64,000 nt of DNA. Source: a virus (lineage: Duplodnaviria > Caudoviricetes). Shown here one piece after another: positions 19,376 through 28,939 of this stretch; the first letter of the stretch is position 1; every line of letters starts with the position of its first letter. The notes below the pieces were generated by a model. It was not told the DNA's origin. It worked only from the letters and a program-made list of their open reading frames with translations, and searched no databases. The stretch is taken from positions 18,197 through 82,196 of the IMG/VR virus record IMGVR_UViG_3300042479_000799; one strand, 5' to 3'. A program made the position numbers and the translations under genes.

Positions 19376-20239
19376 TCATACAGCTACTTCAAACTTTACA
19401 CTAGGTAGTGGTTCATAGTCAAGTAAAATCGTATCACTATATTGCCAATCATATATTGATTTAAAGTTATCAGTTTTTATGGTTGGTAATTTACCCGTTA
19501 CATTTCTATTTAACAATTCTTTAATACCATCTATATGATTTAGATAAATGTGTGCGTCTGCAAAAAATCCTACTAACATACCTTCTTTTAAATTAGATTC
19601 TTTTGCCAATAGATGTAAAAGCAAACCATAAGTGTTTAAATCATTACCCAACACAAAATCTACACTTCGCATATAATAAAACAAATTAAGTTTACCATCT
19701 GTAACATTTACTTGCCAAGCAAAATGACAAGGCGGTAAAGCCATATGTTCTAATGATAGAGGATTCCACGCACTACACAACATTCTTCTACTATTAGGAT
19801 TAGATTTAAGCGTATCAACTACATCTTTTAATTGATCTATATGTTCTCCACCCCACGGATATGTTACATCGTGAAAATCTCTCCATTGTTTTCCGTAGAT
19901 TTCTCCCAAGTCATCACATTCTTCCATTTTCTTCTTAGTATCATCATCAGTACCATATGCAACTTGTTGTGGATTACACCATTGATTCCAGTAGTTACAT
20001 CCTCGTTCTTTATACCATTGTTTGGATGTAATTCCCTTGATAAATCCTTCCAATTCTATTGCGGCTGATTTAAATGGAACTTTTCTAAGTGTAAGCAATG
20101 GATATCCATCAGACATATCGTGACGGATCATTACGCCTGGAAAAGAAATTGTTCCTGTTCCAGTTCTATCTTCTTTTTTATATCCTTTTGTTAGGATTAG
20201 TTCTAAATTTTCTTGAAATGTTTTATCTAAAAATGACAT
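19376..20239 (-). CDS. thyA: Thymidylate synthase
   Basis: DRTGTGT, YGKQWR, SRRMLCSAWNP, MALPPCH, RSVD, DAHIYLNH; no intron. Confidence 0.95.
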   Translation of the reverse strand: MSFLDKTFQENLELILTKGYKKEDRTGTGTISFPGVMIRHDMSDGYPLLTLRKVPFKSAAIELEGFIKGITSKQWYKERGCNYWNQWCNPQQVAYGTDDDTKKKMEECDDLGEIYGKQWRDFHDVTYPWGGEHIDQLKDVVDTLKSNPNSRRMLCSAWNPLSLEHMALPPCHFAWQVNVTDGKLNLFYYMRSVDFVLGNDLNTYGLLLHLLAKESNLKEGMLVGFFADAHIYLNHIDGIKELLNRNVTGKLPTIKTDNFKSIYDWQYSDTILLDYEPLPSVKFEVAV

Positions 20240-20240
20240 A

Positions 20241-20735
20241 TCATTTACTATACTTCACAACTTTGTGCCCGTCAAATTCTTTTACAACTTCTTGTTGGGT
20301 AAATAAATCCTCAAATGGTGGCATAAATGTATCACCGTCATAATTACCATTTACATGCGTTACATAAAATTCTGTAATGTATGGTAATAACTTAACATAA
20401 GTTTTAGCCCCCCCCGCAACAATTAAATATCCTTTTCTAAAACGACTATATGATTCAACATCTTCCATAGTAATCATTTGACCTGTCATAGCGTTATTGT
20501 TTACCATATATTGATTTGTAATATAAGCATCAATAGCATCTACTGGTTTGGTTAATATTAGACATTCACGATTTTTTAGCAGTGGTAATGTATCAAATGT
20601 ATTTTTTCCTACAATTAATGTTTTACCCATCGTAAACTCTTTAAAGTGTTTAAAGTCTTCCTTGATATTTGGCCATGGCAATCCACCGTTTTTGCCTATA
20701 ACCCTATTTTGTGCCATTGCAATAATTGCTTTCAT
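20241..20735 (-). CDS. folA: Dihydrofolate reductase
   Basis: IIAMAQNRVIG..GGLPWP..EDFKHFK, IVGKNTF, AGGAKTY, GDTFMP. Confidence 0.92.
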   Translation of the reverse strand: MKAIIAMAQNRVIGKNGGLPWPNIKEDFKHFKEFTMGKTLIVGKNTFDTLPLLKNRECLILTKPVDAIDAYITNQYMVNNNAMTGQMITMEDVESYSRFRKGYLIVAGGAKTYVKLLPYITEFYVTHVNGNYDGDTFMPPFEDLFTQQEVVKEFDGHKVVKYSK

Positions 20736-21472
20736 AAAATTGTAAATGTTTTGCTTTGTTGATAAAAATTGCCTTTATATCCCTTCCATCCATAATGCGT
20801 CAAGTTACAAGTGGTATCTACATATATTTTACCACCAATACTTTTATAAAGATTACAAAAACCATAATCTTCACTTTCATATTTCTTTGTAACTTCATTC
20901 ACCTTACACGGAAAGAAATCATAGAACTTATCCCCATATCCCATATACCCGTCAATGTCATTCTTATATGCTATATTAGGCACTTCGTTTGCAATTTGAC
21001 TGAAGACACGTTTCTTGAATAACATGAAGCCAGTAGCAGCATAATTGACTTCTTCTATCTGTTTGGTGTTTTTGTCTAATTTAATTTCAGTTGCAAAATC
21101 GGTACATAATTCTTCATAATTATTTAACAAATTTCTATCAGCTAAATTTTTTACTTTGGATGAATTAATATACTTCTTGGGATATAAACCTGAAACAACA
21201 TCTTTATCCGCCTTTAATAGTGAAAAGAAACTCTCGGGTTCAAAACTTATATCACTATCAATAAACATCATATAATCACAATCTGTACGGTTCAAAAAAT
21301 TAGAAGCAGCAGCATTTCTAGCTCTAGCAATCAAACTTTCAAAGTATATACAATCCAAACTAAATGATATACATCTGCGTTGACCTTCAAATACTAATTG
21401 CATCACACTAAACATAAAGTGTGATAGTACTGTATGATTATAACATATAACAGGTAAATAAACTTTGGTCAT
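20732..21472 (-). CDS. GT-A/family-2-like glycosyltransferase
   Basis: IARARN, MMFIDSD (DxD), ATGFML, SEDYGFC, GGKIYVD. Confidence 0.75.
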   Translation of the reverse strand: MTKVYLPVICYNHTVLSHFMFSVMQLVFEGQRRCISFSLDCIYFESLIARARNAAASNFLNRTDCDYMMFIDSDISFEPESFFSLLKADKDVVSGLYPKKYINSSKVKNLADRNLLNNYEELCTDFATEIKLDKNTKQIEEVNYAATGFMLFKKRVFSQIANEVPNIAYKNDIDGYMGYGDKFYDFFPCKVNEVTKKYESEDYGFCNLYKSIGGKIYVDTTCNLTHYGWKGYKGNFYQQSKTFTIL

Positions 21473-21476
21473 AACT

Positions 21477-21938
21477 TTATTCTGTATCAGATTCTTTCTT
21501 TTCTATAACTATATTAGTATTACCCTCGTAATTTACACTACCAATAACATTGATAATAAATGTGTTGGTAATAGTTCCTTCCAAATTACTTGTAACAATA
21601 TAACTCTCTTGTACACTTCCGTCAAGAAAAAACACAATCTTTGTGGCACTTGTTTCCAATATTTTTAAATCATTTGTTACAGCTTCCAATAAATAAAAGT
21701 CTTCAAATGAACTGTACATATTATAGTCTGGGTCAAATGTTAACTCAAACTGTTTTTGTTGAAATGCTGATTGATGCTTTAAATTAATTAAATAAGTCTT
21801 TAGATTTTCTCTAGCTTCAAAGTATCTACTATTACCCACCATACTATCATAGTTAATAACAACTGCGCCAATAATACCAAGCAATATGGTTATGGCTAAT
21901 ACTAATTCTATTAATGTAAATGCTTTATTGTTTTTCAC
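21477..21938 (-). CDS. Prepilin-type N-terminal cleavage/methylation protein (pilin/pseudopilin-like)
   Basis: MKNNKA|FTLIELVLAITILLGIIGAVV with Glu at +5. Confidence 0.8.
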   Translation of the reverse strand: MKNNKAFTLIELVLAITILLGIIGAVVINYDSMVGNSRYFEARENLKTYLINLKHQSAFQQKQFELTFDPDYNMYSSFEDFYLLEAVTNDLKILETSATKIVFFLDGSVQESYIVTSNLEGTITNTFIINVIGSVNYEGNTNIVIEKKESDTE

Positions 21939-22191
21939 GAATTAGTTTTAGTTTTTGTTGACGGGTCAATTGCTTGATTTGATACTCCCTCTTCATTGCT
22001 TCACTCTTACTATCAAAACATTCTGTATATACTAATTTAACAGGCAATCGTGTCTTAGTATATTTTGCGCCTAAAGATTTATTGTGGGCATCTACTCGTT
22101 TTTCAACATTATTAGAATACCCACAATAAAGTTCTCCACCCCTACATTCTACTATATAACAACAATGATTCTTATCAACCACGAATATCAA
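21925..22191 (-). CDS. Small GIY-YIG nuclease (UPF0213-like)
   Basis: YIVEC..LYCGYS...RVDAHN..GAKYTK.RLPV...AMKREYQIK. Confidence 0.85.
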   Translation of the reverse strand: MIFVVDKNHCCYIVECRGGELYCGYSNNVEKRVDAHNKSLGAKYTKTRLPVKLVYTECFDSKSEAMKREYQIKQLTRQQKLKLIREKQ

Positions 22192-22540
22192 GTTTTGCTT
22201 TAGGCCAAGCTGTTCCTAATCCAATATTACCATTAGAACAAATGGTTAAGTTACTTGGATTTGATGTAACTGGTTCTGGTTTTTTGAGTGGCGAATGAAT
22301 ATTGATTGAAATATTCTCACTATTATTAACTCTGACTGTAAAGTTATCACTATCTTTAAATGACATTACACAACTAGCACCACTACTATGTGTAAATACC
22401 AATTTGTCACAATATACAACTGTTTCTACAACTGGTGGTGGTACAATAGGTTCTGATGCTTTAACAGTTGAACCAGCAACAACACCTGCAATTCCTCCAA
22501 ATAGGGTGGAGAAAAACCCTTTACGATTTAGTTTTTCCAT
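22175..22540 (-). CDS. Exported protein with Tat-like signal
   Basis: NRKGFF + hydrophobic stretch + VKA; ends GNIGLGTAWPKAKLDIRG. Confidence 0.55.
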   Translation of the reverse strand: MEKLNRKGFFSTLFGGIAGVVAGSTVKASEPIVPPPVVETVVYCDKLVFTHSSGASCVMSFKDSDNFTVRVNNSENISINIHSPLKKPEPVTSNPSNLTICSNGNIGLGTAWPKAKLDIRG

Positions 22541-22577
22541 AACAATACTATATCATAGTATAGATACTAAATCAATA

Positions 22578-23168
22578 TTATAATTTGTTTATAGTTTGTG
22601 TTGTATTGTTAATATTTACAGATTTATTTAAATCAGTCAACTTTGTTGATGATATCCAAAGCATATCCATATCATCATTGATATCTGGAAAATAAACAGA
22701 TTGAGTTTTTCCCATAATCAGATTTTTTGATTTAATTTGAAATTTATACATTCTAAATTCATTGTCTTCCAAAAACTGCAATTCTTCTTGGTTATTATAC
22801 CATTTTGATGCTTGCATCAATGAATCAAATCCATATAAATGAAACTTTCCATTTTTTGTCATTGTTCCCATTCTAAGAATCATTTTTTCCCGTAAATCAA
22901 TATCTTCAAATGGACCAGGACGCCAAGCATTTGGCAATGTTGTCACCCATTTTAAGTTGAAATTGTTAATATTAAATTTTTTATATTCAACAATTTCTTT
23001 ACTTGTAAATTCTACAAATTTTTCATATGCACAGCCACTGAATGGGACTTTTTGAATGTTTAATAAAAATCGACTTTCATTAAAAAATGCATATGGTCCC
23101 ATAGGATATCTACCATTCCACGAATATTTTTTATGAGCAACTCTATAAAAATAAGTTTTATTGTTCAT
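22578..23168 (-). CDS. Hypothetical protein
   Basis: ORF; start moved to ATG 23168, clear of the upstream gene. Confidence 0.5.
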   Translation of the reverse strand: MNNKTYFYRVAHKKYSWNGRYPMGPYAFFNESRFLLNIQKVPFSGCAYEKFVEFTSKEIVEYKKFNINNFNLKWVTTLPNAWRPGPFEDIDLREKMILRMGTMTKNGKFHLYGFDSLMQASKWYNNQEELQFLEDNEFRMYKFQIKSKNLIMGKTQSVYFPDINDDMDMLWISSTKLTDLNKSVNINNTTQTINKL

Positions 23169-23172
23169 AAAT

Positions 23173-23706
23173 TCAAAGATTATTTCTGTAGAATGACATG
23201 ATAATTCCACTGGTAGTCCCAACATTGAGTGAACGAACACTTCCAAAAGCTGGGATTGTTATGACAGTTTCAGCATTATCAAGAATATAATCACTTAACC
23301 CACTCTTTTCTTCACCAAACACAAACATTGGTTTATCTACACCACAAAATACCCACGGATTAAAAATAGAAACAGTTTTATCACTATACTTGGGAATATT
23401 GTTTTCTACAGCGAGTAGTGTATAACCATTATCTTTGAGAGAACTAACAAATTCCACTTCAGTCTTGATATGCTTTAAATCAGTATAATGATGCGTACCA
23501 ACAGTACCACGACGATCCCATTGCTTGCTACCACCTACATAAAATGCTTCCTTAAAACCAAAGAAATTGGCGTTTCTAACAAGAGTAGACAAATTAAAAT
23601 CTCCATTTACATGCATCATTGCGACACCAGCTTCAATGGAAGTAGACTTACAATAAGATTTAATATCGTCTACAGTTGAACTCTTCAAGTGATCCAAAAC
23701 ATTCAT
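23173..23706 (-). CDS. SpoU/TrmH-family RNA 2'-O-methyltransferase
   Basis: NLSTLVRNA, VFGEEKSGLS, IPAFG.VRSLNV SPOUT motifs. Confidence 0.88.
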   Translation of the reverse strand: MNVLDHLKSSTVDDIKSYCKSTSIEAGVAMMHVNGDFNLSTLVRNANFFGFKEAFYVGGSKQWDRRGTVGTHHYTDLKHIKTEVEFVSSLKDNGYTLLAVENNIPKYSDKTVSIFNPWVFCGVDKPMFVFGEEKSGLSDYILDNAETVITIPAFGSVRSLNVGTTSGIIMSFYRNNL

Positions 23707-23715
23707 CGTGAAATT

Positions 23716-23743
23716 ACTATAACACGATTTAAGAAAAAGTCAA
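23716..23743 (-). promoter_or_regulatory. sigma70-like promoter
   Basis: TTGACT-N16-TATAGT upstream of the TrmH-like gene. Confidence 0.55.
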
Positions 23744-23988
23744 TTCTTTTTCTTAAAAGAATCTGACGACATTTTTGTAACTGTTTCGTATTGACCGGAT
23801 GGAGATACAACGGCAGATTTGGAATTTGCAAAGTCCTTTTCAGCTTCTTCAATTACAGATTTAATAAAATCAGTCAACAACCCACTCCAATTACTTCTTT
23901 CACTATCTTCTACAATAGCTAACTTTTTCCATCGTGGCATTTCATTGAATTTGCGTTGATATACTGTCTTATAGAATGATGCAGTCAT
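23740..23988 (-). CDS. Hypothetical protein
   Basis: Small ORF. Confidence 0.5.
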   Translation of the reverse strand: MTASFYKTVYQRKFNEMPRWKKLAIVEDSERSNWSGLLTDFIKSVIEEAEKDFANSKSAVVSPSGQYETVTKMSSDSFKKKN

Positions 23989-24000
23989 ATAATATAAATA

Positions 24001-24252
24001 TTAGAATGAAGTGCTCAAACGACTAGCATAACCCATATTACTACCTTTATTCATTCTTTTTGATACTTTTTTGTAATTTTCTACGGCCTTCTTTGAAGTG
24101 ACGACGATACTACCAGCGGTTTTATGACCAAAGTGCATATAACCATATTTTTTATTCTTTAACGCAGCCTTGTCACCGCAATTCAAACAGACTTTATAAC
24201 CCAACTCAAACCTTTCGGCATGAATTTCATTTCCGCATCCACAAGTAATCAT
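24001..24252 (-). CDS. Small CxC/CxxC hypothetical protein
   Basis: CGCG...CLNCG; follows a promoter. Confidence 0.55.
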   Translation of the reverse strand: MITCGCGNEIHAERFELGYKVCLNCGDKAALKNKKYGYMHFGHKTAGSIVVTSKKAVENYKKVSKRMNKGSNMGYASRLSTSF

Positions 24253-24261
24253 TGGATGACA

Positions 24262-24290
24262 AGACTACGCTAAAATTTTCTAAATGTCAA
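24262..24290 (-). promoter_or_regulatory. sigma70-like promoter
   Basis: TTGACA-N17-TAGTCT. Confidence 0.55.
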
Positions 24291-24294
24291 CTCT

Positions 24295-24486
24295 TTAGAA
24301 AGAAATTTCTACGTTGACGCAAGCACCTTCTCTATCGAAGACATAGACTTTATCCAATATAGCTGATTTAAGTACGTCTTTAATAAAATGTTCACGGTTA
24401 ATTGGATATGAAGATACAACATTATATTCTTCAAATACACGATTAACTTTATCGGATTCAATATTAAAACTTAGAAAGTTTGTCAT
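24295..24486 (-). CDS. Hypothetical protein
   Basis: Small ORF, start adjusted. Confidence 0.4.
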   Translation of the reverse strand: MTNFLSFNIESDKVNRVFEEYNVVSSYPINREHFIKDVLKSAILDKVYVFDREGACVNVEISF

Positions 24487-24487
24487 A

Positions 24488-24970
24488 TTAGTTTGTTGGT
24501 TCATCATACTGTTTTTCTAACCTTTGAATATGTTCTTCAAGTTGTTTAATATACATTTTCATATTGACGAATTGGTTTTTAACTTCAGACAATTCATCTT
24601 TATTTTTCAACGGATTACTTTTTTTCAATTCTTCTGTGGTAAGACATGATAGATGATCAACACCTGCGAGATACTCACAATCTACATTGTAGGTATTTTT
24701 CCCACAAATACAACATACCCACTTTTCTTTGTATTCTTCTTCAAAGATTTGTTTGATTCTATCAAGAGTTTCAATTACTTCTGCAGTTGAATCTGCATTA
24801 ATAATATCATATGCCCAATTTAAAGCATTATCTTCACGATCTTTCAATTCGGGATAAAGTTTAATTAGTTCTTTCTCAATTAGTTCAATATATGGATCTA
24901 CTTGTTCTGTTTGAATTCTACGCAATGCTTTTGCGTATGTAACTATGATGCTTTCGCTTATTTTGTTCAT
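24488..24970 (-). CDS. Hypothetical protein with CxxC motif and coiled tail
   Basis: 160-aa ORF. Confidence 0.55.
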   Translation of the reverse strand: MNKISESIIVTYAKALRRIQTEQVDPYIELIEKELIKLYPELKDREDNALNWAYDIINADSTAEVIETLDRIKQIFEEEYKEKWVCCICGKNTYNVDCEYLAGVDHLSCLTTEELKKSNPLKNKDELSEVKNQFVNMKMYIKQLEEHIQRLEKQYDEPTN

Positions 24971-25128
24971 ATTATTTTTATGTTAATAGTTTTAGTACTT
25001 CTCTTACTGTGAAATAAAATATAGACGGAATTAATACCGAAAAGAATATTGCAATTACCAATATAATTCCTATTGCAAATATACTACCAAATATTAATCC
25101 AATCGTCAAGTCTATAAGTTTATATAAT

Positions 25129-25401
25129 TTATTCATTTTTCAAAAATCTATTGTAAATCAATTTGCCTAAATTAGCAGCAAATTTACGTGCTTTCTTTTC
25201 TGGTAAATCATACAAATGTGCATGAAATACTTCTTCAATTAATACATTAAGTTGTCTACGTGTTAACAATGTTGGGTCTACAAGTATTGCAGGATTTTTG
25301 ATATCTGGATTGTCACACAAACCAGAAGCATTATATTTACCAGACGGTTTGTTATAATTGACTGTATATTCAATGCCTTCAAAATTTTTGAACTTCATCA
25401 T
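25129..25401 (-). CDS. Hypothetical protein (EExxH motif)
   Basis: LIEEVFHAH. Confidence 0.5.
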   Translation of the reverse strand: MMKFKNFEGIEYTVNYNKPSGKYNASGLCDNPDIKNPAILVDPTLLTRRQLNVLIEEVFHAHLYDLPEKKARKFAANLGKLIYNRFLKNE

Positions 25402-25583
25402 TCACCTTTCTTAAAACTATCTTTCATATCCAACAGTAAATTTTTAATATCACCAAGACTACGAGAACGGTCTTTATACAAAATTTCCGTCTTAACACGT
25501 TCTTCATCAATGAGTTTGATTAAATCATTGATTTTTTTCATGGTAATCGTAGGTTTTGTTCTTTCAAATTCACTTGGATTCAT
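25398..25583 (-). CDS. Hypothetical protein
   Basis: Coupled small ORF. Confidence 0.45.
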   Translation of the reverse strand: MNPSEFERTKPTITMKKINDLIKLIDEERVKTEILYKDRSRSLGDIKNLLLDMKDSFKKGE

Positions 25584-25824
25584 TTAGAAAATCCTTTAAT
25601 TGTTTTTGGTTTTCAGTATTTAAGATGATAAAATCAGACCAAGGTTTGCCATATCTTAGAATTTGCCAACACCATCTTAGTCTTTCTGACCAACACAGTG
25701 TTCTGCCATTGAGTCCTCGTTCAAATAAACTCAAAGATACTTCTTCTTCATCTTTGAATTTTTCTACAAGAAGTCCGTGTTCAAAACAATCACAAATTAG
25801 AAATATTGAATCTTGATCTTTCAT
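25570..25824 (-). CDS. Hypothetical protein
   Basis: Coupled small ORF, start adjusted. Confidence 0.5.
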   Translation of the reverse strand: MKDQDSIFLICDCFEHGLLVEKFKDEEEVSLSLFERGLNGRTLCWSERLRWCWQILRYGKPWSDFIILNTENQKQLKDFLNESK

Positions 25825-26405
25825 ATACTTAGTATACGTTCCAATTTCCAAACTTTAGCAATCAAAAAGGAACCAAATTTATATATCAATCTACAGATAA
25901 ATCTAATAATTTTATTGTATGGTTTGATGATTAATCTATAAAACATAGTGGATTCAACCACTTTTTGTTTTTTGAGTTCTTCCATATGTTGTTTATGGAG
26001 TTCTTTTCTTTTGGTGTTATCGTTTATTTCAAACTTAATTAATTTAATCTTGTCAATAACTCCGTCAATAAATACAACTTCAAATTCAACCCAATAGTCA
26101 TATACACCACCATCATTATTTTGATAATCATACATGCGGATGGTTTTGGTTGTTTTTACATGAGTCCACCAATGTTTGATTTCCTTTACAACGCCAAACT
26201 TTTCAGAAAACGTTTTACCATTTGGATCACCCTCAATGTGTTCTCGTTCGCATTCACGCAACCATAGTGTGCCATCTTCACGGATTTCATAAGAATCCAA
26301 TCCGCAATCTAAATCTTTGGTTTGAAATCCATTAGGAATATATCCCTTAGTATCTTCCGGAAACGGAAGTGGATACTTACATACTATGTCATCGAACATT
26401 CCCAT
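25821..26405 (-). CDS. Conserved-looking phage hypothetical protein
   Basis: MGMFD.I.C..PLP...FQTKDLDC N-terminus. Confidence 0.6.
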   Translation of the reverse strand: MGMFDDIVCKYPLPFPEDTKGYIPNGFQTKDLDCGLDSYEIREDGTLWLRECEREHIEGDPNGKTFSEKFGVVKEIKHWWTHVKTTKTIRMYDYQNNDGGVYDYWVEFEVVFIDGVIDKIKLIKFEINDNTKRKELHKQHMEELKKQKVVESTMFYRLIIKPYNKIIRFICRLIYKFGSFLIAKVWKLERILSI

Positions 26406-26408
26406 AAA

Positions 26409-26642
26409 TTAGTTTCCTTGATTTTTGTGTTCTTGAATATCGTAAAGAAAATTACGAAATAAAACGTAATCTTCAACGTCTACTTGTTTTTCACCATCAA
26501 GTTTCCAATTTTTAATATAATCTAAGATGGTATTAACATAATAACCTGGAATGGTTATTGTTTTACCATCAAACGACAGATCATCGTGTTGAATAATAAT
26601 TGGGTTAATTACTTTGTCTTTAATAGTTAGTTCTTTTTCCAT
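26409..26642 (-). CDS. Hypothetical protein
   Basis: Small ORF after a TTGACA-N17-TATAGT promoter. Confidence 0.5.
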   Translation of the reverse strand: MEKELTIKDKVINPIIIQHDDLSFDGKTITIPGYYVNTILDYIKNWKLDGEKQVDVEDYVLFRNFLYDIQEHKNQGN

Positions 26643-26722
26643 ATAATTTTATTTTTAATACTATACTAATATTTAGTTTGGTTGTCAACGGTTTTCTTTT
26701 TATATTTATTCATCGGTTAATT

Positions 26723-27109
26723 ATGATCCGAATCTATTCTAAAGATGCTTTAAAAGTCAATTTAGAGGATGAAAAAGCTTGTAGCAAACTTGTTACAAGT
26801 GGTTCAATCTATACACTTTATGTTGAATGTTGTGATATACGACATAAGGTAAAAAATAGAGTGTTTATCGTTAAAGATAACGGTAAATGTGTTGGTTGGG
26901 CAATAATTAAAGAACGTAAATCAGCAAGAAAGACAAATTTTAAGTTTGAATTTATGGTGTATATACGATGCAAATACAGAAGACAAGGAATTGGTACAAA
27001 GTTATATAAAAGAGCCAAGAAATTCTTTAAGCTTAAAGATAAAGAAATTAAAATTTACATGACCACCAATTATAACTCTAAATTCTTTGACAAAGTTAGG
27101 CCGGTTTAA
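26723..27109 (+). CDS. GNAT-family acetyltransferase
   Basis: VYIRCKYRRQGIGTKLY acetyl-CoA motif A; start set at ATG 26723. Confidence 0.7.
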   Translation: MIRIYSKDALKVNLEDEKACSKLVTSGSIYTLYVECCDIRHKVKNRVFIVKDNGKCVGWAIIKERKSARKTNFKFEFMVYIRCKYRRQGIGTKLYKRAKKFFKLKDKEIKIYMTTNYNSKFFDKVRPV

Positions 27110-27377
27110 CAAAGAATATCTTGTGCATACCTGTCATATAAAAGGTATTCAAATCCATATTCAATGATTTACATTCAAGTTCCCCTGGCCAAAAACCAGT
27201 CCATCTAGCAAATTGCTTATCATGGTTAGTACACTCACACCCTAACTTTTGACCACCACATTCACTACATCTTTCAATATCACACTTTTTCTTGTGTATT
27301 TTACCCGCAACAACTTTACAACTAAAACAATTGTCTAATTCTACTGTTTGACATATTGGAGTTTGTTTCTTTTTCAT
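27096..27377 (-). CDS. Cys-rich hypothetical protein
   Basis: CFSC..H.KKCDIERCSECGGQ.LGC.C...WTG.WPG. Confidence 0.6.
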   Translation of the reverse strand: MKKKQTPICQTVELDNCFSCKVVAGKIHKKKCDIERCSECGGQKLGCECTNHDKQFARWTGFWPGELECKSLNMDLNTFYMTGMHKIFFVKPA

Positions 27378-27380
27378 ATA

Positions 27381-27593
27381 TTAAGAACAATGTCCTTTTT
27401 TATTTTCTGCGGTAAAATTATTAAGATTATAATTGCTTGAACGTATATCACGTAGTCCATACATCTCTCTATACATACTATATACAATGACATCCAATTC
27501 TTTTACTGTCATAGGAATACTTTTTGTTTTGTCTACTTCTTGCATTTTTAAACAATATTTTTTGATAATAGAATCAATTTGTTCTTTCATCAA
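27381..27593 (-). CDS. Hypothetical protein
   Basis: Small ORF. Confidence 0.45.
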   Translation of the reverse strand: MMKEQIDSIIKKYCLKMQEVDKTKSIPMTVKELDVIVYSMYREMYGLRDIRSSNYNLNNFTAENKKGHCS

Positions 27594-27835
27594 TTTTTAG
27601 TAGTTTTAATAATATCACCGTCGGTAGTGTAATATGCTCTATAATAATTAGTGTAAATGATATACACATTATTAGTTGACTGTTCAATCATACTATAAGT
27701 AATATACCTATTATTAATGCTATGCACTGTACTACACTTGGGCAGTGTTTCCAATGCTCTATCATAACTATATCTTAGATACATTCCACTTGTACATCCA
27801 GTAAACAACAATGTTGCAATCAATAAACTTTTCAT
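27590..27835 (-). CDS. Small putative lipoprotein
   Basis: MKSLLIATLLFTGC lipobox. Confidence 0.55.
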   Translation of the reverse strand: MKSLLIATLLFTGCTSGMYLRYSYDRALETLPKCSTVHSINNRYITYSMIEQSTNNVYIIYTNYYRAYYTTDGDIIKTTKN

Positions 27836-28056
27836 TCTGTTAATTCTTTTTCTTCTACTGAATAATTATGACTGTCTTTGTACATATCACAATATTTCTG
27901 TGCGTTTTCTTTTTTTAAATATACCTTCTCAATTGCCAAATCATTGCCTCTATATGACATAATTAGATACACCTTGATCTTAGGTGGTTCTACTGTCATA
28001 GCAGTCAACAGAATTGCTGCAAGACTACCCAACATAATTTTATTAAAACGGCTCAT
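27832..28056 (-). CDS. Small exported/membrane-anchored protein
   Basis: N-terminal hydrophobic segment. Confidence 0.45.
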   Translation of the reverse strand: MSRFNKIMLGSLAAILLTAMTVEPPKIKVYLIMSYRGNDLAIEKVYLKKENAQKYCDMYKDSHNYSVEEKELTE

Positions 28057-28282
28057 ATTGATCTAATTTTGATTGGCATTTTTCCAATTTGCTTTTATAT
28101 TTTTGAATTGTAATATAGTCTTCATCACCATATTCATTCATCAATAACATTTGTACACCAAATCGTTCCACTTCATCACATAGATAACGAATATCTTCAC
28201 ACAACTTGGGATCGAGTGTAGTGTTACAATTGTTTTGTGTAAATTCTCGTAGTCTATTAACTACTTCTTTGTTAGTCTTCAT
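28043..28282 (-). CDS. Hypothetical protein
   Basis: Small ORF. Confidence 0.45.
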   Translation of the reverse strand: MKTNKEVVNRLREFTQNNCNTTLDPKLCEDIRYLCDEVERFGVQMLLMNEYGDEDYITIQKYKSKLEKCQSKLDQYEPF

Positions 28283-28499
28283 TTGTTGAATAAATTATTT
28301 TTTCTACTACAATACCTTTCTTAGATGACTTGGGACCATATAATGCTCCATATTGATTTCTGCTATTGATGTAAGTGATTAAATCTTTCTTGATAACTTC
28401 CGCATCAAGATCATCAAAATTTGCGGGTAGATTAACTTTTAAATAATATTTTGGTTTGCTCATAATTTTACCAGTGATGTATAATGTTTGCGATAACAA
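28272..28499 (-). CDS. Hypothetical protein (true start probably downstream)
   Basis: Small ORF. Confidence 0.4.
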   Translation of the reverse strand: MLSQTLYITGKIMSKPKYYLKVNLPANFDDLDAEVIKKDLITYINSRNQYGALYGPKSSKKGIVVEKIIYSTNED

Positions 28500-28665
28500 A
28501 AGCGCATGTAATAAAGTTTACCATAACAATGGTGAACCTCAAGATAAAACTAGCAAGAGCATAATTTACAGGCAATACAGGCACATCAGGCTTGCATTCA
28601 TCTGTAACACCTACACGGTGGTCAATTGTTCTGGCTAATGTCAAGAAAAATTTATTAGTCGTCAT
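28468..28665 (-). CDS. Small membrane protein
   Basis: C-terminal hydrophobic helix. Confidence 0.45.
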   Translation of the reverse strand: MTTNKFFLTLARTIDHRVGVTDECKPDVPVLPVNYALASFILRFTIVMVNFITCAFVIANIIHHW

Positions 28666-28746
28666 TTTCGTTAGTAAGAATAAAAAATCCGTTTATAATC
28701 AAAATTAATCCGACAATACACAATCCATAATATACTGTATCCACAT

Positions 28747-28935
28747 TCATATAATAAGAAATCGTACAATTTGCAGATCACCATACTCATTCTTTGTTTC
28801 AAGAATTACATCAGGATGTGGACGGTCACAGCTAAGATATACCTTAGCATTAGGAATATTCAATTCCTTAATCATTTTCTTTTCCACTGCGTTTTTAACC
28901 CAATCAATAATATCTTTTGTTTGTACATTAGCCAT
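28747..28935 (-). CDS. Hypothetical protein
   Basis: Small ORF. Confidence 0.45.
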   Translation of the reverse strand: MANVQTKDIIDWVKNAVEKKMIKELNIPNAKVYLSCDRPHPDVILETKNEYGDLQIVRFLII

Positions 28936-28939
28936 AATT

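Noticed and set aside
19376-20239. Group I intron or intein in thyA or the ligases
   Set aside because: ORFs are uninterrupted and of normal length.
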